Positions 50,201-63,290 of a stretch of DNA of 64,000 bases are shown one piece after another. The translations under genes and the position numbers were made by a program. The stretch is from Nemertoderma westbladi (taxonomy: Eukaryota; Animalia; Xenacoelomorpha). Position 1 is the stretch's first letter; each line of letters begins with the position of its first letter. Where the stretch lies: positions 47,554-111,553 of the forward strand of contig JAUCBJ010001187.1 of the NCBI GenBank assembly GCA_032718475.1. Direction: 5' to 3'. The notes under the pieces are model-generated. The model made no database searches and was not told where the DNA came from. It saw nothing but the letters and a program-made list of their open reading frames with translations.

Positions 50201-53200
50201 CATAGCAGCGAGTAACCCTATAGATATTCAGTGTCCCACCTCCTATTATAGCAGTGAGTATCCTATAGATATTCAGTGTCCCACCTCCTATCATAGCAGT
50301 GAGTAACCCTATAGATATTCAGTGTCCCACCTCCTATCATAGCAGTGAGTAACCCTATAGATATTCAGTGTCCCACCTCCTATCATAGCAGTGAGTAACC
50401 CTATAGATATTCAGTGTCCCACCTCCTATTATAGCAGCGAGTAACCCTATAGATATTCAGTGTCCCACCTCCTATTATAGCAGTGAGTAACCCTATAGAT
50501 ATTCAGTGTCCCACCTCATATCATAGCAGTGAGTAACCCTATAGATATTCAGTGTCCCACCTCCTAACATAGCAGTGAGTAACCCTATAGATATTCAGTG
50601 TCCCACCTCCTATTATAGCAGTGAGTAACCCTATAGATATTCAGTGTCCCACCTCCTATCATAGCAGTGAGTAACCCTATAGATATTCAGTGTCCCACCT
50701 CCTATCATAGCAGTGAGTAACCCTATAGATATTCAGTGTCCCACCTCCTAACATAGCAGTGAGAAACCCTATAGATATTCAGTGTCCCACCTCCTATCAT
50801 AGCAGTGAGTAACCCTATAGATATTCAGTGTCCCACCTCCTATCATAGCAGTGAGTAACCCTATAGATATTCAGTGTCCCACCTCCTAACATAGCAGTGA
50901 GTAACCCTATAGATATTCAGTGTCCCACCTCCTATTATAGCAGTGAGTAACCCTATAGATATTCAGTGTCCCACCTCCTATCATAGCAGTGAGTAACCCT
51001 ATAGATATTCAGTGTCCCACCTCCTATCATAGCAGTGAGTAACCCTATAGATATTCAGTGTCCCACCTCCTAACATAGCAGTGAGTAACCCTATAGATAT
51101 TCAGTGTCCCACCTCCTATCATAGCAGTGAGTAACCCTATAGATATTCAGTGTCCCACCTCCTATCGTAGCAGTGAGTAACCCTATAGATATTCAGTGTC
51201 CCACCTCCTAACATAGCAGTGAGTAACCCTATAGATATTCAGTGTCCCACCTCCTAACATAGCAGTGAGTAACCCTATAGATATTCAGTGTCCCACCTCC
51301 TAACAGTCCTAGCAGTGAGTAACCCTATAGATATTCAGTGTCCCACCTCCTAACATAGCAGTGAGTAACCCTATAGATATTCAGTGTCCCACCTCCTATC
51401 ATAGCAGTGAGTAACCCTATAGATATTCAGTGTCCCACCTCCTATCATAGCAGTGAGTAACCCTATAGATATTCAGTGTCCCACCTCCTATCATAGCAGT
51501 GAGTAACCCTATAGATATTCAGTGTCCCACCTCCTAACAGTCCCAGCAGGGAGTAACCCTATAGATATTCAGTGTCCCACCTCCTATCATAGCAGTGAGA
51601 AACCCTATAGATATTCAGTGTCCCGCCTCCTAACATAGCAGTGAGTAACCCTATAGATATTCAGTGTCCCACCTCCTATCATAGCAGTGAGTAACCCTAT
51701 AGATATTCAGTGTCCCACCTCCTAACATAGCAGTGAGTAACCCTATAGATATTCAGTGTCCCACCTCCTATCATAGCAGTGAGTAACCCTATAGATATTC
51801 AGTGTCCCACCTCCTTTCATAGCAGTGAGTAACCCTATAGATATTCAGTGTCCCACCTCCTAACATAGCAGTGAGTAACCCTATAGATATTCAGTGTCCC
51901 ACCTCCTATCATAGCAGTGAGAAACCCTATAGATATTCAGTGTCCCACCTCCTATTATAGCAGTGAGTAACCCTATAGATATTCAGTGTCCCACCTCCTA
52001 ACATAGCAGTGAGTAACCCTATAGATATTCAGTGTCCCACCTCCTATCGTAGCAGTGAGTAACCCTATAGATATTCAGTGTCCCACCTCCTATCATAGCA
52101 GTGAGAAACCCTATAGATATTCAGTGTCCCGCCTCCTAACATAGCAGTGAGTAACCCTATAGATATTCAGTGTCCCACCTCCTATCATAGCAGTGAGTAA
52201 ACCTATAGATATTCAGTGTCCCACCTCCTAACATAGCAGTGAGTAACCCTATAGATATTCAGTGTCCCACCTCCTATCGTAGCAGTGAGTAACCCTATAG
52301 ATATTCAGTGTCCCACCTCCTAACATAGCAGTGAGAAACCCTATAGATATTCAGCGTCCCACCTCCTATCATAGCAGTGAGTAACCCTATAGATATTCAG
52401 TGTCCCACCTCCTATTATAGCAGTGAGTAACCCTATAGATATTCAGTGTCCCACCTCCTAACATAGCAGTGAGAAACCCTATAGATATTCAGTGTCCCAC
52501 CGCCTATCATAGCAGTGAGTAACCCTATAGATATTCAGTGTCCCACCTCCTATTATAGCAGTGAGTAACCCTATAGATATTCAGTGTCCCACCTCCTATC
52601 ATAGCAGTGAGTAACCCTATAGATATTCAGTGTCCCACCTCCTAACATAGCAGTGAGTAACCCTATAGATATTCAGTGTCCCACCTCCTATCATAGCAGT
52701 GAGTAACCCTATAGATATTCAGTGTCCCACCTCCTAACATAGCAGTGAGTAACCCTATAGATATTCAGTGTCCCACCTCCTATCATAGCAGTGAGTAACC
52801 CTATAGATATTCAGTGTCCCACCTCCTATCATAGCAGTGAGTAACCCTATAGATATTCAGTGTCCCACCTCCTATCATAGCAGTGAGTAACCCTATAGAT
52901 ATTCAGTGTCCCACCTCCTAACATAGCAGTGAGTAACCCTATAGATATTCAGTGTCCCACCTCCTATCATAGCAGTGAGTAACCCTATAGATATTCAGTG
53001 TCCCACCTCCTAACATAGCAGTGAGTAACCCTATAGATATTCAGTGTCCCACCTCCTAACATAGCAGTGAGTAACCCTATAGATATTCAGTGTCCCACCT
53101 CCTATTATAGCAGTGAGTAACCCTATAGATATTCAGTGTCCCACCTCCTATTATAGCAGTGAGTAACCCTATAGATATTCAGTGTCCCACCTCCTATTAT

Positions 53201-56200
53201 AGCAGTGAGTAACCCTATAGATATTCAGTGTCCCACCTCCTAACATAGCAGTGAGTAACCCTATAGATATTCAGTGTCCCACCTCCTATCATAGCAGTGA
53301 GTAACCCTATAGATATTCAGTGTCCCACCTCCTAACATAGCAGTGAGTAACCCTATAGATATTCAGTGTCCCACCTCCTATCATAGCAGTGAGTAACCCT
53401 ATATATATTCAGTGTCCCACCTCCTATCATAGCAGTGAGTAACCCTATAGATATTCAGTGTCCCACCTCCTATCATAGCAGTGAGTAACCCTATAGATAT
53501 TCAGTGTCCCACCTCCTAACATAGCAGTGAGTAACCCTATAGATATTCAGTGTCCCACCTCCTAACATAGCAGTGAGTAACCCTATAGATATTCAGTGTC
53601 CCACCTCCTATTATAGCAGTGAGTAACCCTATAGATATTCAGTGTCCCGCCTCCTAACATAGCAGTGAGTAACCCTATAGATATTCAGTGTCCCACCTCC
53701 TAACATAGCAGTGAGTAACCCTATAGATATTCAGTGTCCCACCTCCTAACATAGCAGTGAGTAACCCTATAGATATTCAGTGTCCCGCCTCCTAACATAG
53801 CAGTGAGTAACCCTATAGATATTCAGTGTCCCACCTCCTATCATAGCAGTGAGTAACCCTATAGATATTCAGTGTCCCACCTCCTATCATAGCAGTGAGT
53901 AAACCTATAGATATTCAGTGTCCCACCTCCTATCATAGCAGTGAGTAACCCTATAGATATTCAGTGTCCCACCTCCTAACATAGCAGTGAGTAACCCTAT
54001 AGATATTCAGTGTCCCACCTCCTATTATAGCAGTGAGTAACCCTATAGATATTCAGTGTCCCACCTCCTATTATAGCAGTGAGTAACCCTATAGATATTC
54101 AGTGTCCCACCTCCTATCGTAGCAGTGAGTAAACCTATAGATATTCAGTGTCCCACCTCCTGTCATAGCAGTGAGTAACCCTATAGATATTCAGTGTCCC
54201 ACCTCCTAACATAGCAGTGAGTAACCCTATAGATATTCAGTGTCCCACCTCCTATCATAGCAGTGAGTAAACCTATAGATATTCAGTGTCCCACCTCCTA
54301 ACATAGCAGTGAGTAAACCTATAGATATTCAGTGTCCCACCTCCTATCGTAGCAGTGAGTAACCCTATAGATATTCAGTGTCCCACCTCCTATCGTAGCA
54401 GTGAGTAACCCTATAGATATTCAGTGTCCCACCTCCTGTCATAGCAGTGAGTAACCTTATAGATATTCAGTGTCCCACCTCCTATCATAGCAGTGAAAAA
54501 CCCTATAGATATTCAGTGTCCCACCTCCTAACATAGCAGTGAGTAACCCTATAGATATTCAGTGTCCCACCTCCTATCATAGCAGTGAGTAACCCTATAG
54601 ATATTCAGTGTCCCACCTCCTATCATAGCAGTGAGTAACCCTATAGATATTCAGTGTCCCACCTCCTATCATAGCAGTGAGTAACCTTATAGATATTCAG
54701 TGTCCCACCTCCTATCATAGCAGTGAGTAACCCTATAGATATTCAGTGTCCCACCTCCTATCATAGCAGTGAGTAACCCTATAGATATTCAGTGTCCCAC
54801 CTCCTATCATAGCAGTGAGTAACCCTATAGATATTCAGTGTCCCACCTCCTATCATAGCAGTGAGCAACCCTATAGATATTCAGTGTCCCACCTCCGATC
54901 ATAGCAGTGAGTAACCCTATAGATATTCAGTGTCCCACCTCCTAACAGTCCTAGCAGTGAGTAACCCTATAGATATTCAGTGTCCCACCTCCTATCATAG
55001 CAGTGAGAAACCCTATAGATATTCAGTGTCCCGCCTCCTAACATAGCAGTGAGTAACCCTATAGATATTCAGTGTCCCACCTCCTATCATAGCAGTGAGT
55101 AACCCTATAGATATTCAGTGTCCCACCTCCTAACATAGCAGTGAGTAACCCTATAGATATTCAGTGTCCCACCTCCTATCATAGCAGTGAGTAACCCTAT
55201 AGATATTCAGTGTCCCACCTCCTATCGTAGCAGTGAGTAACCCTATAGATATTCAGTGTCCCACCTCCTATCATAGCAGTGAGAAACCCTATAGATATTC
55301 AGTGTCCCGCCTCCTAACATAGCAGTGAGTAACCCTATAGATATTCAGTGTCCCACCTCCTATCATAGCAGTGAGTAACCCTATAGATATTCAGTGTCCC
55401 ACCTCCTATTATAGCAGTGAGTAACCCTATAGATATTCAGTGTCCCACCTCCTAACATAGCAGTGAGTAACCCTATAGATATTCAGTGTCCCACCTCCTA
55501 TCATAGCAGTGAGTAACCCTATAGATATTCAGTGTCCCACCTCCTAACAGTCCTAGCAGTGAGTAACCCTATAGATATTCAGTGTCCCACCTCCTATCAT
55601 AGCAGTGAGAAACCCTATAGATATTCAGTGTCCCGCCTCCTAACATAGCAGTGAGTAACCCTATAGATATTCAGTGTCCCACCTCCTATCATAGCAGTGA
55701 GTAACCCTATAGATATTCAGTGTCCCACCTCCTATCATAGCAGTGAGTAACCCTATAGATATTCAGTGTCCCACCTCCTAACATAGCAGTGAGTAACCCT
55801 ATAGATATTCAGTGTCCCACCTCCTATCATAGCAGTGAGTAACCCTATAGATATTCAGTGTCCCACCTCCTATTATAGCAGTGAGTAACCCTATAGATAT
55901 TCAGTGTCCCACCTCCTATCATAGCAGTGAGTAACCCTATAGATATTCAGTGTCCCACCTCCTATCATAGCAGTGAGTAACCCTATAGATATTCAGTGTC
56001 CCACCTCCTATCATAGCAGTGAGTAACCCTATAGATATTCAGTGTCCCACCTCCTATCATAGCAGTGAGTAACCCTATAGATATTCAGTGTCCCACCTCC
56101 GATCATAGCAGTGAGTAACCCTATAGATATTCAGTGTCCCACCTCCTATCATAGCAGTGAGTAACCCTATAGATATTCAGTGTCCCACCTCCTATCATAG

Positions 56201-59200
56201 CAGTGAGTAACCCTATAGATATTCAGTGTCCCACCTCCTATCATAGCAGTGAGTAACCCTATAGATATTCAGTGTCCCACCTGCTAACATAGCAGTGAGT
56301 AACCCTATAGATATTCAGTGTCCCACCTCCTATCATAGCAGTGAGTAACCCTATAGATATTCAGTGTCCCACCTCCTAACATAGCAGTGAGTAACCCTAT
56401 AGATATTCAGTGTCCCACCTCCTATCATAGCAGTGAGTAACCCTATAGATATTCAGTGTCCCACCTCCTATTATAGCAGTGAGTAACCCTATAGATATTC
56501 AGTGTCCCACCTCCTATTATAGCAGTGAGTAACCCTATAGATATTCAGTGTCCCACCTCCTATTATAGCAGTGAGTAACCCTATAGATATTCAGTGTCCC
56601 ACCTCCTATTATAGCAGTGAGTAACCCTATAGATATTCAGTGTCCCACCTCCTATCGTAGCAGTGAGTAAACCTATAGATATTCAGTGTCCCACCTCCTA
56701 TCATAGCAGTGAGTAACCCTATAGATATTCAGTGTCCCACCTCCTATTATAGCAGTGAGTAACCCTATAGATATTCAGTGTCCCACCTCCTATCATAGCA
56801 GTGAGTAACCCTATAGATATTCAGTGTCCCACCTCCTATCGTAGCAGTGAGTAAACCTATAGATATTCAGTGTCCCACCTCCTATCATAGCAGTGAGTAA
56901 CCCTATAGATATTCAGTGTCCCACCTCCTAACATAGCAGTGAGTAACCCTATAGATATTCAGTGTCCCACCTCCTATCATAGCAGTGAGTAACCCTATAG
57001 ATATTCAGTGTCCCACCTCCTATTATAGCAGTGAGTAACCCTATAGATATTCAGTGTCCCACCTCCTAACATAGCAGTGAGTAACCCTATAGATATTCAG
57101 TGTCCCACCTCCTATCATAGCAGTGAGTAACCCTATAGATATTCAGTGTCCCACCTCCTGTCATAGCAGTGAGTAACCCTATAGATATTCAGTGTCCCAC
57201 CTCCTAACATAGCAGTGAGTAACCCTATAGATATTCAGTGTCCCACCTCCTATCATAGCAGTGAGTAACCCTATAGATATTCAGTGTCCCACCTCCTAAC
57301 ATAGCAGTGAGTAACCCTATAGATATTCAGTGTCCCACCTCCTATCATAGCAGTGAGTAACCCTATAGATATTCAGTGTCCCACCTCCTAACATAGCAGT
57401 GAGTAACCCTATAGATATTCAGTGTCCCGCCTCCTAACAGTCCTAGCAGTGAGTATCCCTATAGATATTCAGTGTCCCGCCTCCTAACAGTCCTAGCAGT
57501 GAGTAACCCTATAGATATTCAGTGTCCCACCTCCTAACATAGCAGTGAGTAACCCTATAGATATTCAGTGTCCCACCTCCTATCATAGCAGTGAGTAACC
57601 CTATAGATATTCAGTGTCCCACCTCCTAACATAGCAGTGAGTAACCCTATAGATATTCAGTGTCCCACCTCCGATCATAGCAGTGAGTAACCCTATAGAT
57701 ATTCAGTGTCCCACCTCCTAACAGTCCTAGCAGTGAGTAACCCTATAGATATTCAGTGTCCCACCTCCTATCATAGCAGTGAGAAACCCTATAGATATTC
57801 AGTGTCCCGCCTCCTAACATAGCAGTGATTAAACCTATAGATATTCAGTGTCCCACCTCCGATCATAGCAGTGAGTAACCCTATAGATATTCAGTGTCCC
57901 ACCTCCTATCATAGCAGTGAGTAACCCTATAGATATTCAGTGTCCCACCTCCTATCATAGCAGTGAGTAACCCTATAGATATTCAGTGTCCCGCCTCCTA
58001 TCATAGCAGTGAGTAACCCTATAGATATTCAGTGTCCCACCTCCTAACATAGCAGTGAGTAACCCTATAGATATTCAGTGTCCCACCTCCTATCATAGCA
58101 GTGAGTAACCCTATAGATATTCAGTGTCCCACCTCCTAACATAGCAGTGAGTAACCCTATAGATATTCAGTGTCCCACCTCCTATTATAGCAGTGAGTAA
58201 CCCTATAGATATTCAGTGTCCCACCTCCTAACATAGCAGTGAGTAACCCTATAGATATTCAGTGTCCCACCTCCTATCATAGCAGTGAGAAACCCTATAG
58301 ATATTCAGTGTCCCACCTCCTATTATAGCAGTGAGTAACCCTATAGATATTCAGTGTCCCACCTCCTAACATAGCAGTGAGTAACCCTATAGATATTCAG
58401 TGTCCCACCTCCTATCATAGCAGTGAGAAACCCTATAGATATTCAGTGTCCCACCTCCTATTATAGCAGTGAGTAACCCTATAGATATTCAGTGTCCCAC
58501 CTCCTATTATAGCAGTGAGTAACCCTATAGATATTCAGTGTCCCACCTCCTATCATAGCAATGAGTAACCCTATAGATATTCAGTGTCCCACCTCCTAAC
58601 ATAGCAGTGAGTAACCCTATAGATATTCAGTGTCCCACCTCCTATCATAGCAGTGAGTAACCCTATAGATATTCAGTGTCCCACCTCCTATCATAGCAGT
58701 GAGTAACCCTATAGATATTCAGTGTCCCACCTCCTATTATAGCAGTGAGTAACCCTATAGATATTCAGTGTCCCACCTCCTATCATAGCAGTGAGTAACC
58801 CTATAGATATTCAGTGTCCCACCTCCTATCGTAGCAGTGAGTAACCCTATAGATATTCAGTGTCCCACCTGCTAACATAGCAGTGAGTAACCCTATAGAT
58901 ATTCAGTGTCCCACCTCCTATCATAGCAGTGAGTAACCCTATAGATATTCAGTGTCCCACCTCCTAACATAGCAGTGAGTAACCCTATAGATATTCAGTG
59001 TCCCAGCTCCTAACATAGCAGTGAGTAACCCTATAGATATTCAGTGTCCCACCTCCTAACATAGCAGTGAGTAACCCTATAGATATTCAGTGTCTCACCT
59101 CCTATTATAGCAGTGAGTAACCCTATAGATATTCAGTGTCCCACCTCCTATCATAGCAGTGAGTAACCCTATAGATATTCAGTGTCCCACCTCCTATCAT

Positions 59201-60593
59201 AGCAGTGAGTAACCCTATAGATATTCAGTGTCCCACCTCCTATTATAGCAGTGAGTAACCCTATAGATATTCAGTGTCCCAGCTCCTAACATAGCAGTGA
59301 GTAACCCTATAGATATTCAGTGTCCCACCTGCTAACATAGCAGTGAGTAACCCTATAGATATTCAGTGTCCCACCTCCTATCATAGCAGTGAGTAACCCT
59401 ATAGATATTCAGTGTCCCAGCTCCTAACATAGCAGTGAGTAACCCTATAGATATTCAGTGTCCCACCTCCTAACATAGCAGTGAGTAACCCTATAGATAT
59501 TCAGTGTCTCACCTCCTATTATAGCAGTGAGTAACCCTATAGATATTCAGTGTCCCACCTCCTATCATAGCAGTGAGTAACCCTATAGATATTCAGTGTC
59601 CCACCTCCTATCATAGCAGTGAGTAACCCTATAGATATTCAGTGTCCCACCTCCTATCATAGCAGTGAGTAACCCTATAGATATTCAGTGTCCCACCTCC
59701 TATTATAGCAGTGAGTAACCCTATAGATATTCAGTGTCCCACCTCCTATCATAGCAGTGAGTAACCCTATAGATATTCAGTGTCCCACCTCCTATTATAG
59801 CAGTGAGTAACCCTATAGATATTCAGTGTCCCACCTCCTATCATAACAGTGAGTAACCCTATAGATATTCAGTGTCCCACCTCCTAACAGTCCTAGCAGT
59901 GAGTAACCCTATAGATATTCAGTGTCCCACCTCCTATCATAGCAGTGAGTAACCCTATAGATATTCAGTGTCCCACCTCCTATTATAGCAGTGAGTAACC
60001 CTATAGATATTCAGTGTCCCACCTCCTAACATAGCAGTGAGTAACCCTATAGATATTCAGTGTCCCACCTCCAATCATAGCAGTGAGTAACCCTATAGAT
60101 ATTCAGTGTCCCACCTCCTAACATAGCAGTGAGTAACCCTATAGATATTCCCATAGGATTCAATGGGAAAAGCTATTCAGCTGGAGGGCTAATACATCAC
60201 AATGTTTGTTTTCTCTCTGGGATAGAGTGAGATAGTAATAAACTTCTTGGCAAGTAATTCTCTGCAGTTTGGGTCTATCCATTCAATCAATCAATAGTAG
60301 TAGCTTACTTAAGCCCTCATGAGTACCAGCAGCAGCTGGTGCTTCTATCATTTAGTCTATGGCAATTTTCGTGTTTTGTGGCTATTTTCGAAATAAAAAA
60401 AAGACACGTTAATAATTTTTTTCGAAAGTTTTTTTACACATCCTGGGGTTGAGCTGCGTCGATTGATATAACTTTCATTGACGGACGAGCTATATTTTCG
60501 GAGGAGTTAACCCGATATCTCTATAAATATACATATATACATCTATATACATAGTGAATACTTTTACAGTAAGAAGTCCTAACGTTCTTCTAA
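20276..60593 (-). mobile_element. Helentron/HINE-like non-autonomous element whose internal repeat has expanded to ~39.6 kb
   Basis: Left end: aactaaa-agccagc-aa-gctggct-ataagac. Right end: TA/CA-rich microsatellite, then ttttacagtaagaagtcctaacgttcttctaatt. These are the same termini as 19617-20137. Confidence 0.65.
20521..60150. repeat. 46-bp tandem satellite/minisatellite array, ~860 copies, with 50-bp variant units and nested higher-order duplications
   Basis: Consensus agtgtcccacctcctatcatagcagtgagtaaccctatagatattc. Variation is concentrated at cc(a/g)c, ta(t/a)(c/t)a and gag(t/a)aa, plus a gtcc insertion variant. Confidence 0.99.
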
Positions 60594-60849
60594 TTAATCA
60601 TGTTACTTGTAAAAGATGTGGAGTTCTTATAAATTGGTAGTTATAAATAATATATTTATTATGATTTGATTCACAATTGTTTTTCAAAGTGCTTTAATTT
60701 AACTGTGTTATAAAAAATGGCTTTTATAATATATATAATTTATTTATTTTTATAATGTATCATAAATATATATAATATTCATAAAAGGCCTAGAAGCAAC
60801 ATTTTTAATTCTGATCTCATTTTCAACATACATTTTAGTTATACTCTAC

Positions 60850-60972
60850 CTTGACAGTTTCTTCCATTTCCTGAGTATCCTTGTTTACAGCTACAACTGA
60901 ATGAACCATCTGTGTTGGTACAGTCGGCGTTGGCATGGCAATCATCAGTGTTAGTGAGGCATTCATTGTCGT
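60850..60972 (-). CDS. Calcium-binding EGF-like exon of host gene
   Basis: 123 bp, AG at 60974-60973, GT at 60849-60848. Encodes DNECLTNTDDCHANADCTNTDGSFSCSCKQGYSGNGRNCQ. Confidence 0.93.
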
Positions 60973-61099
60973 CTATAATATATTACATTGAAAAAAAATA
61001 TTATGCATCTTCTTTGTTGGGAAATAAAATAGTCGGTAATGTATGTCTTGATTTATAAACTATTTTATATACCTGACTTCACTCCAACATCCTAGTAGT

Positions 61100-61202
61100 A
61101 GTAATAATAAAAAATAATAAATATAATAAATAAATAAATAATAAATAAATTAATAAATAATAAATAAATAATAAATAAATAAATAATAAATAAATAAATA
61201 AT
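61100..61202. repeat. (AAT)n/(AAAT)n simple repeat
   Basis: Directly visible. Confidence 0.9.
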
Positions 61203-62447
61203 CTAATACTATTGGCTGGCCGGGAAAGTAATAGTGTTTATCACTTGAGCTGATGATGGTTTTGCTATATTGCGAAATATCTACCATGAAGAACGTCACA
61301 TGTAGACCGAATCCATTGAGCATAGAATGAGGACTGAAATATTCTTCATAAAATTTCCTTATCCCACAGTCATTCCTTCCTTCTGCAATGAGAGCCTTGC
61401 CTTGGCATACTCACCTATTTGCAGACTTGTCAAGCGGACGAAACCACACATCATATGTAAACCATCCGAAGACCCCTCCTCTGAATATAGAGTCTTATAC
61501 AATGACTGTGCAAAGTCTGACGAGTCTGATGAAATTTGTTTTGAGAGAATTTATGTTTATTCCATGCAAAACCAATAAACCAAGTGCAAGAGAAAACATA
61601 AATATAAGTTGCAGACGACTTGTCGTCGAAACAGTTGACTGAGTAGAAATGAGAAAATAGACTTTAGTAACCCAGAACATACAGTATTATCATCCAAATA
61701 GAACCCAAACAGTGAATTGTTTACAGTATTGTATAATTTATTAGCTGATATGTGATACTTTAAAATGTGGAGGTGCTGTGTGCTGTGGGTTGTATGTATT
61801 GCGGTTGTAAACCGAGAAGGAGTGTTGCAGGATGGGTAATGGAAAATCAAGTTGGTTAATCACTCAGGATGGTCAGGAATATGATCATTGTATGCAGTAA
61901 TCGTAGTGCGTACAACGCTATATAAGAGAGTTGGGAATGTATCCTTCCTTTATCTTCCGTGCATCTTACACACGCTAGCAATACGTGAATGTCTTGAGAT
62001 TTCTAATGAATATATGTATGTTATAATGAATACTTCACTATCCCTTATTATGCAGATACACAGAGTCGAATGCTTTGAAGAAGATATAGTAATGGCAGCC
62101 AATTTCCTATCCTTTTTATAAAATAGATCTTCAATGATACTTGTAATTTCCGGACTGGCTCCACATTGCTTATCTTTATAGAGGTTCCATAGCAAGCATT
62201 CACTAGTATGTTATATTCGCCCAGTTTACCAAAGTAATTTCAGTTGGACAAAAATTATGTGCTTGGAATTGGATGTCTGAATATATTATATACATGAGAT
62301 GATTTAATTCTCAATTGGGTTTCATAGTGTTTTAATAGGTTTTAGTTTAACTGAATAAGTATGATATTTATCATATTATACATCATCATACGATAAATCA
62401 TTTTAATTCTGATCTCATTTTCAACATACATTTTAGTTATACTCTAC

Positions 62448-62570
62448 CTTGACAGTTTCTTCCATCTCCAGAGTATCCTTGGTTACAGCTACAACTGAAT
62501 GAACCATCTGTGTTGGTACAGTCGGCGTTGGCATGGCAATCATCAGTGTTAGTGAGGCATTCATTGTCGT
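62448..62570 (-). CDS. Calcium-binding EGF-like exon of host gene
   Basis: 123 bp, CAG acceptor at 62573-62571, GT at 62447-62446. Encodes DNECLTNTDDCHANADCTNTDGSFSCSCNQGYSGDGRNCQ; the ORF track lists an overlapping different frame. Confidence 0.93.
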
Positions 62571-62620
62571 CTGTAATATTAATATATCACTTTGGAAACA
62601 ATTATTATGCATCTTGTTTG

Positions 62621-62864
62621 GAGACAGGGGTGAAACTGGACGCAAAACCCGCCTTGGCGAATTAATATCCCGCCTCAATGTTAAATTCTCAATTTAGGGA
62701 ATGGAGCAGGTTACAGTGGCACGTTATTTTAACCAAAACAATAAACTAAGCATAACATAACAGGATACAGTTTTATTTCTGAGAGTAATCAGCTGTTATT
62801 TGCGGCGAATTTCCCCTGGAGAGGGATTCATTTTTATTGCGTCCAGTCCCCCTCCCCCCTATCT
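62621..62864. mobile_element. MITE (~240 bp) with imperfect terminal inverted repeats
   Basis: Left agacagggg..actggacgcaa (62622-62645) pairs with right ttgcgtccagt..cccctatct (62837-62864). Flanked by tgtttg on both sides and absent from the paralogous intron flank at ~61000-61030. Confidence 0.75.
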
Positions 62865-63290
62865 GTTTGTTTGTTGGTAAATGAAATAGTCTGTAATGTA
62901 TGTCTTCATTTATAAACGATTGTATAAACATGACTTCACTCCAACATCACGGCCTGGCTCAGCTCTATAATATGAAATGTGTGTTTTAACTGAAAATATA
63001 CACAGTACAAAAGCTGAATGTCACCAAGCAGTTAATAAAATGTCATATTTTGCAAGGCAATCTCTGATTTTCAATAAATTTAAAGCGAAAATAATAGGAA
63101 ATTAGTTACTTTTTTAGAGCACACACATACACAATACCTACCTCATTTATTGGTTTATTAAATTGATAGTTATAAATAATATACTTATTATGATTTGATT
63201 CACAATTGTTTTTCAAAGTGCTTTAATTTAACTGTGTTGTGAAACATGACTTTTATCATATATATAATTTATTTATTTTTATAATTTATC

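Noticed and set aside
20521-60150. CRISPR-like array interpretation of the 46-bp repeat
   Set aside because: There are no unique spacers, only point variants of one monomer; no cas genes; eukaryotic intron context.
20521-60150. Telomeric repeat array (TAACCC present in each unit)
   Set aside because: Only one isolated hexamer per 46 bp and no tandem (TTAGGG)n.
61245-62110. Possible Penelope remnant with minimal hammerhead ribozyme (CTGATGA...GAAA at ~61250-61279; IRECLEI motif near 61980)
   Set aside because: Stem II and the flanking helices do not pair convincingly and the protein similarity is too weak to call.
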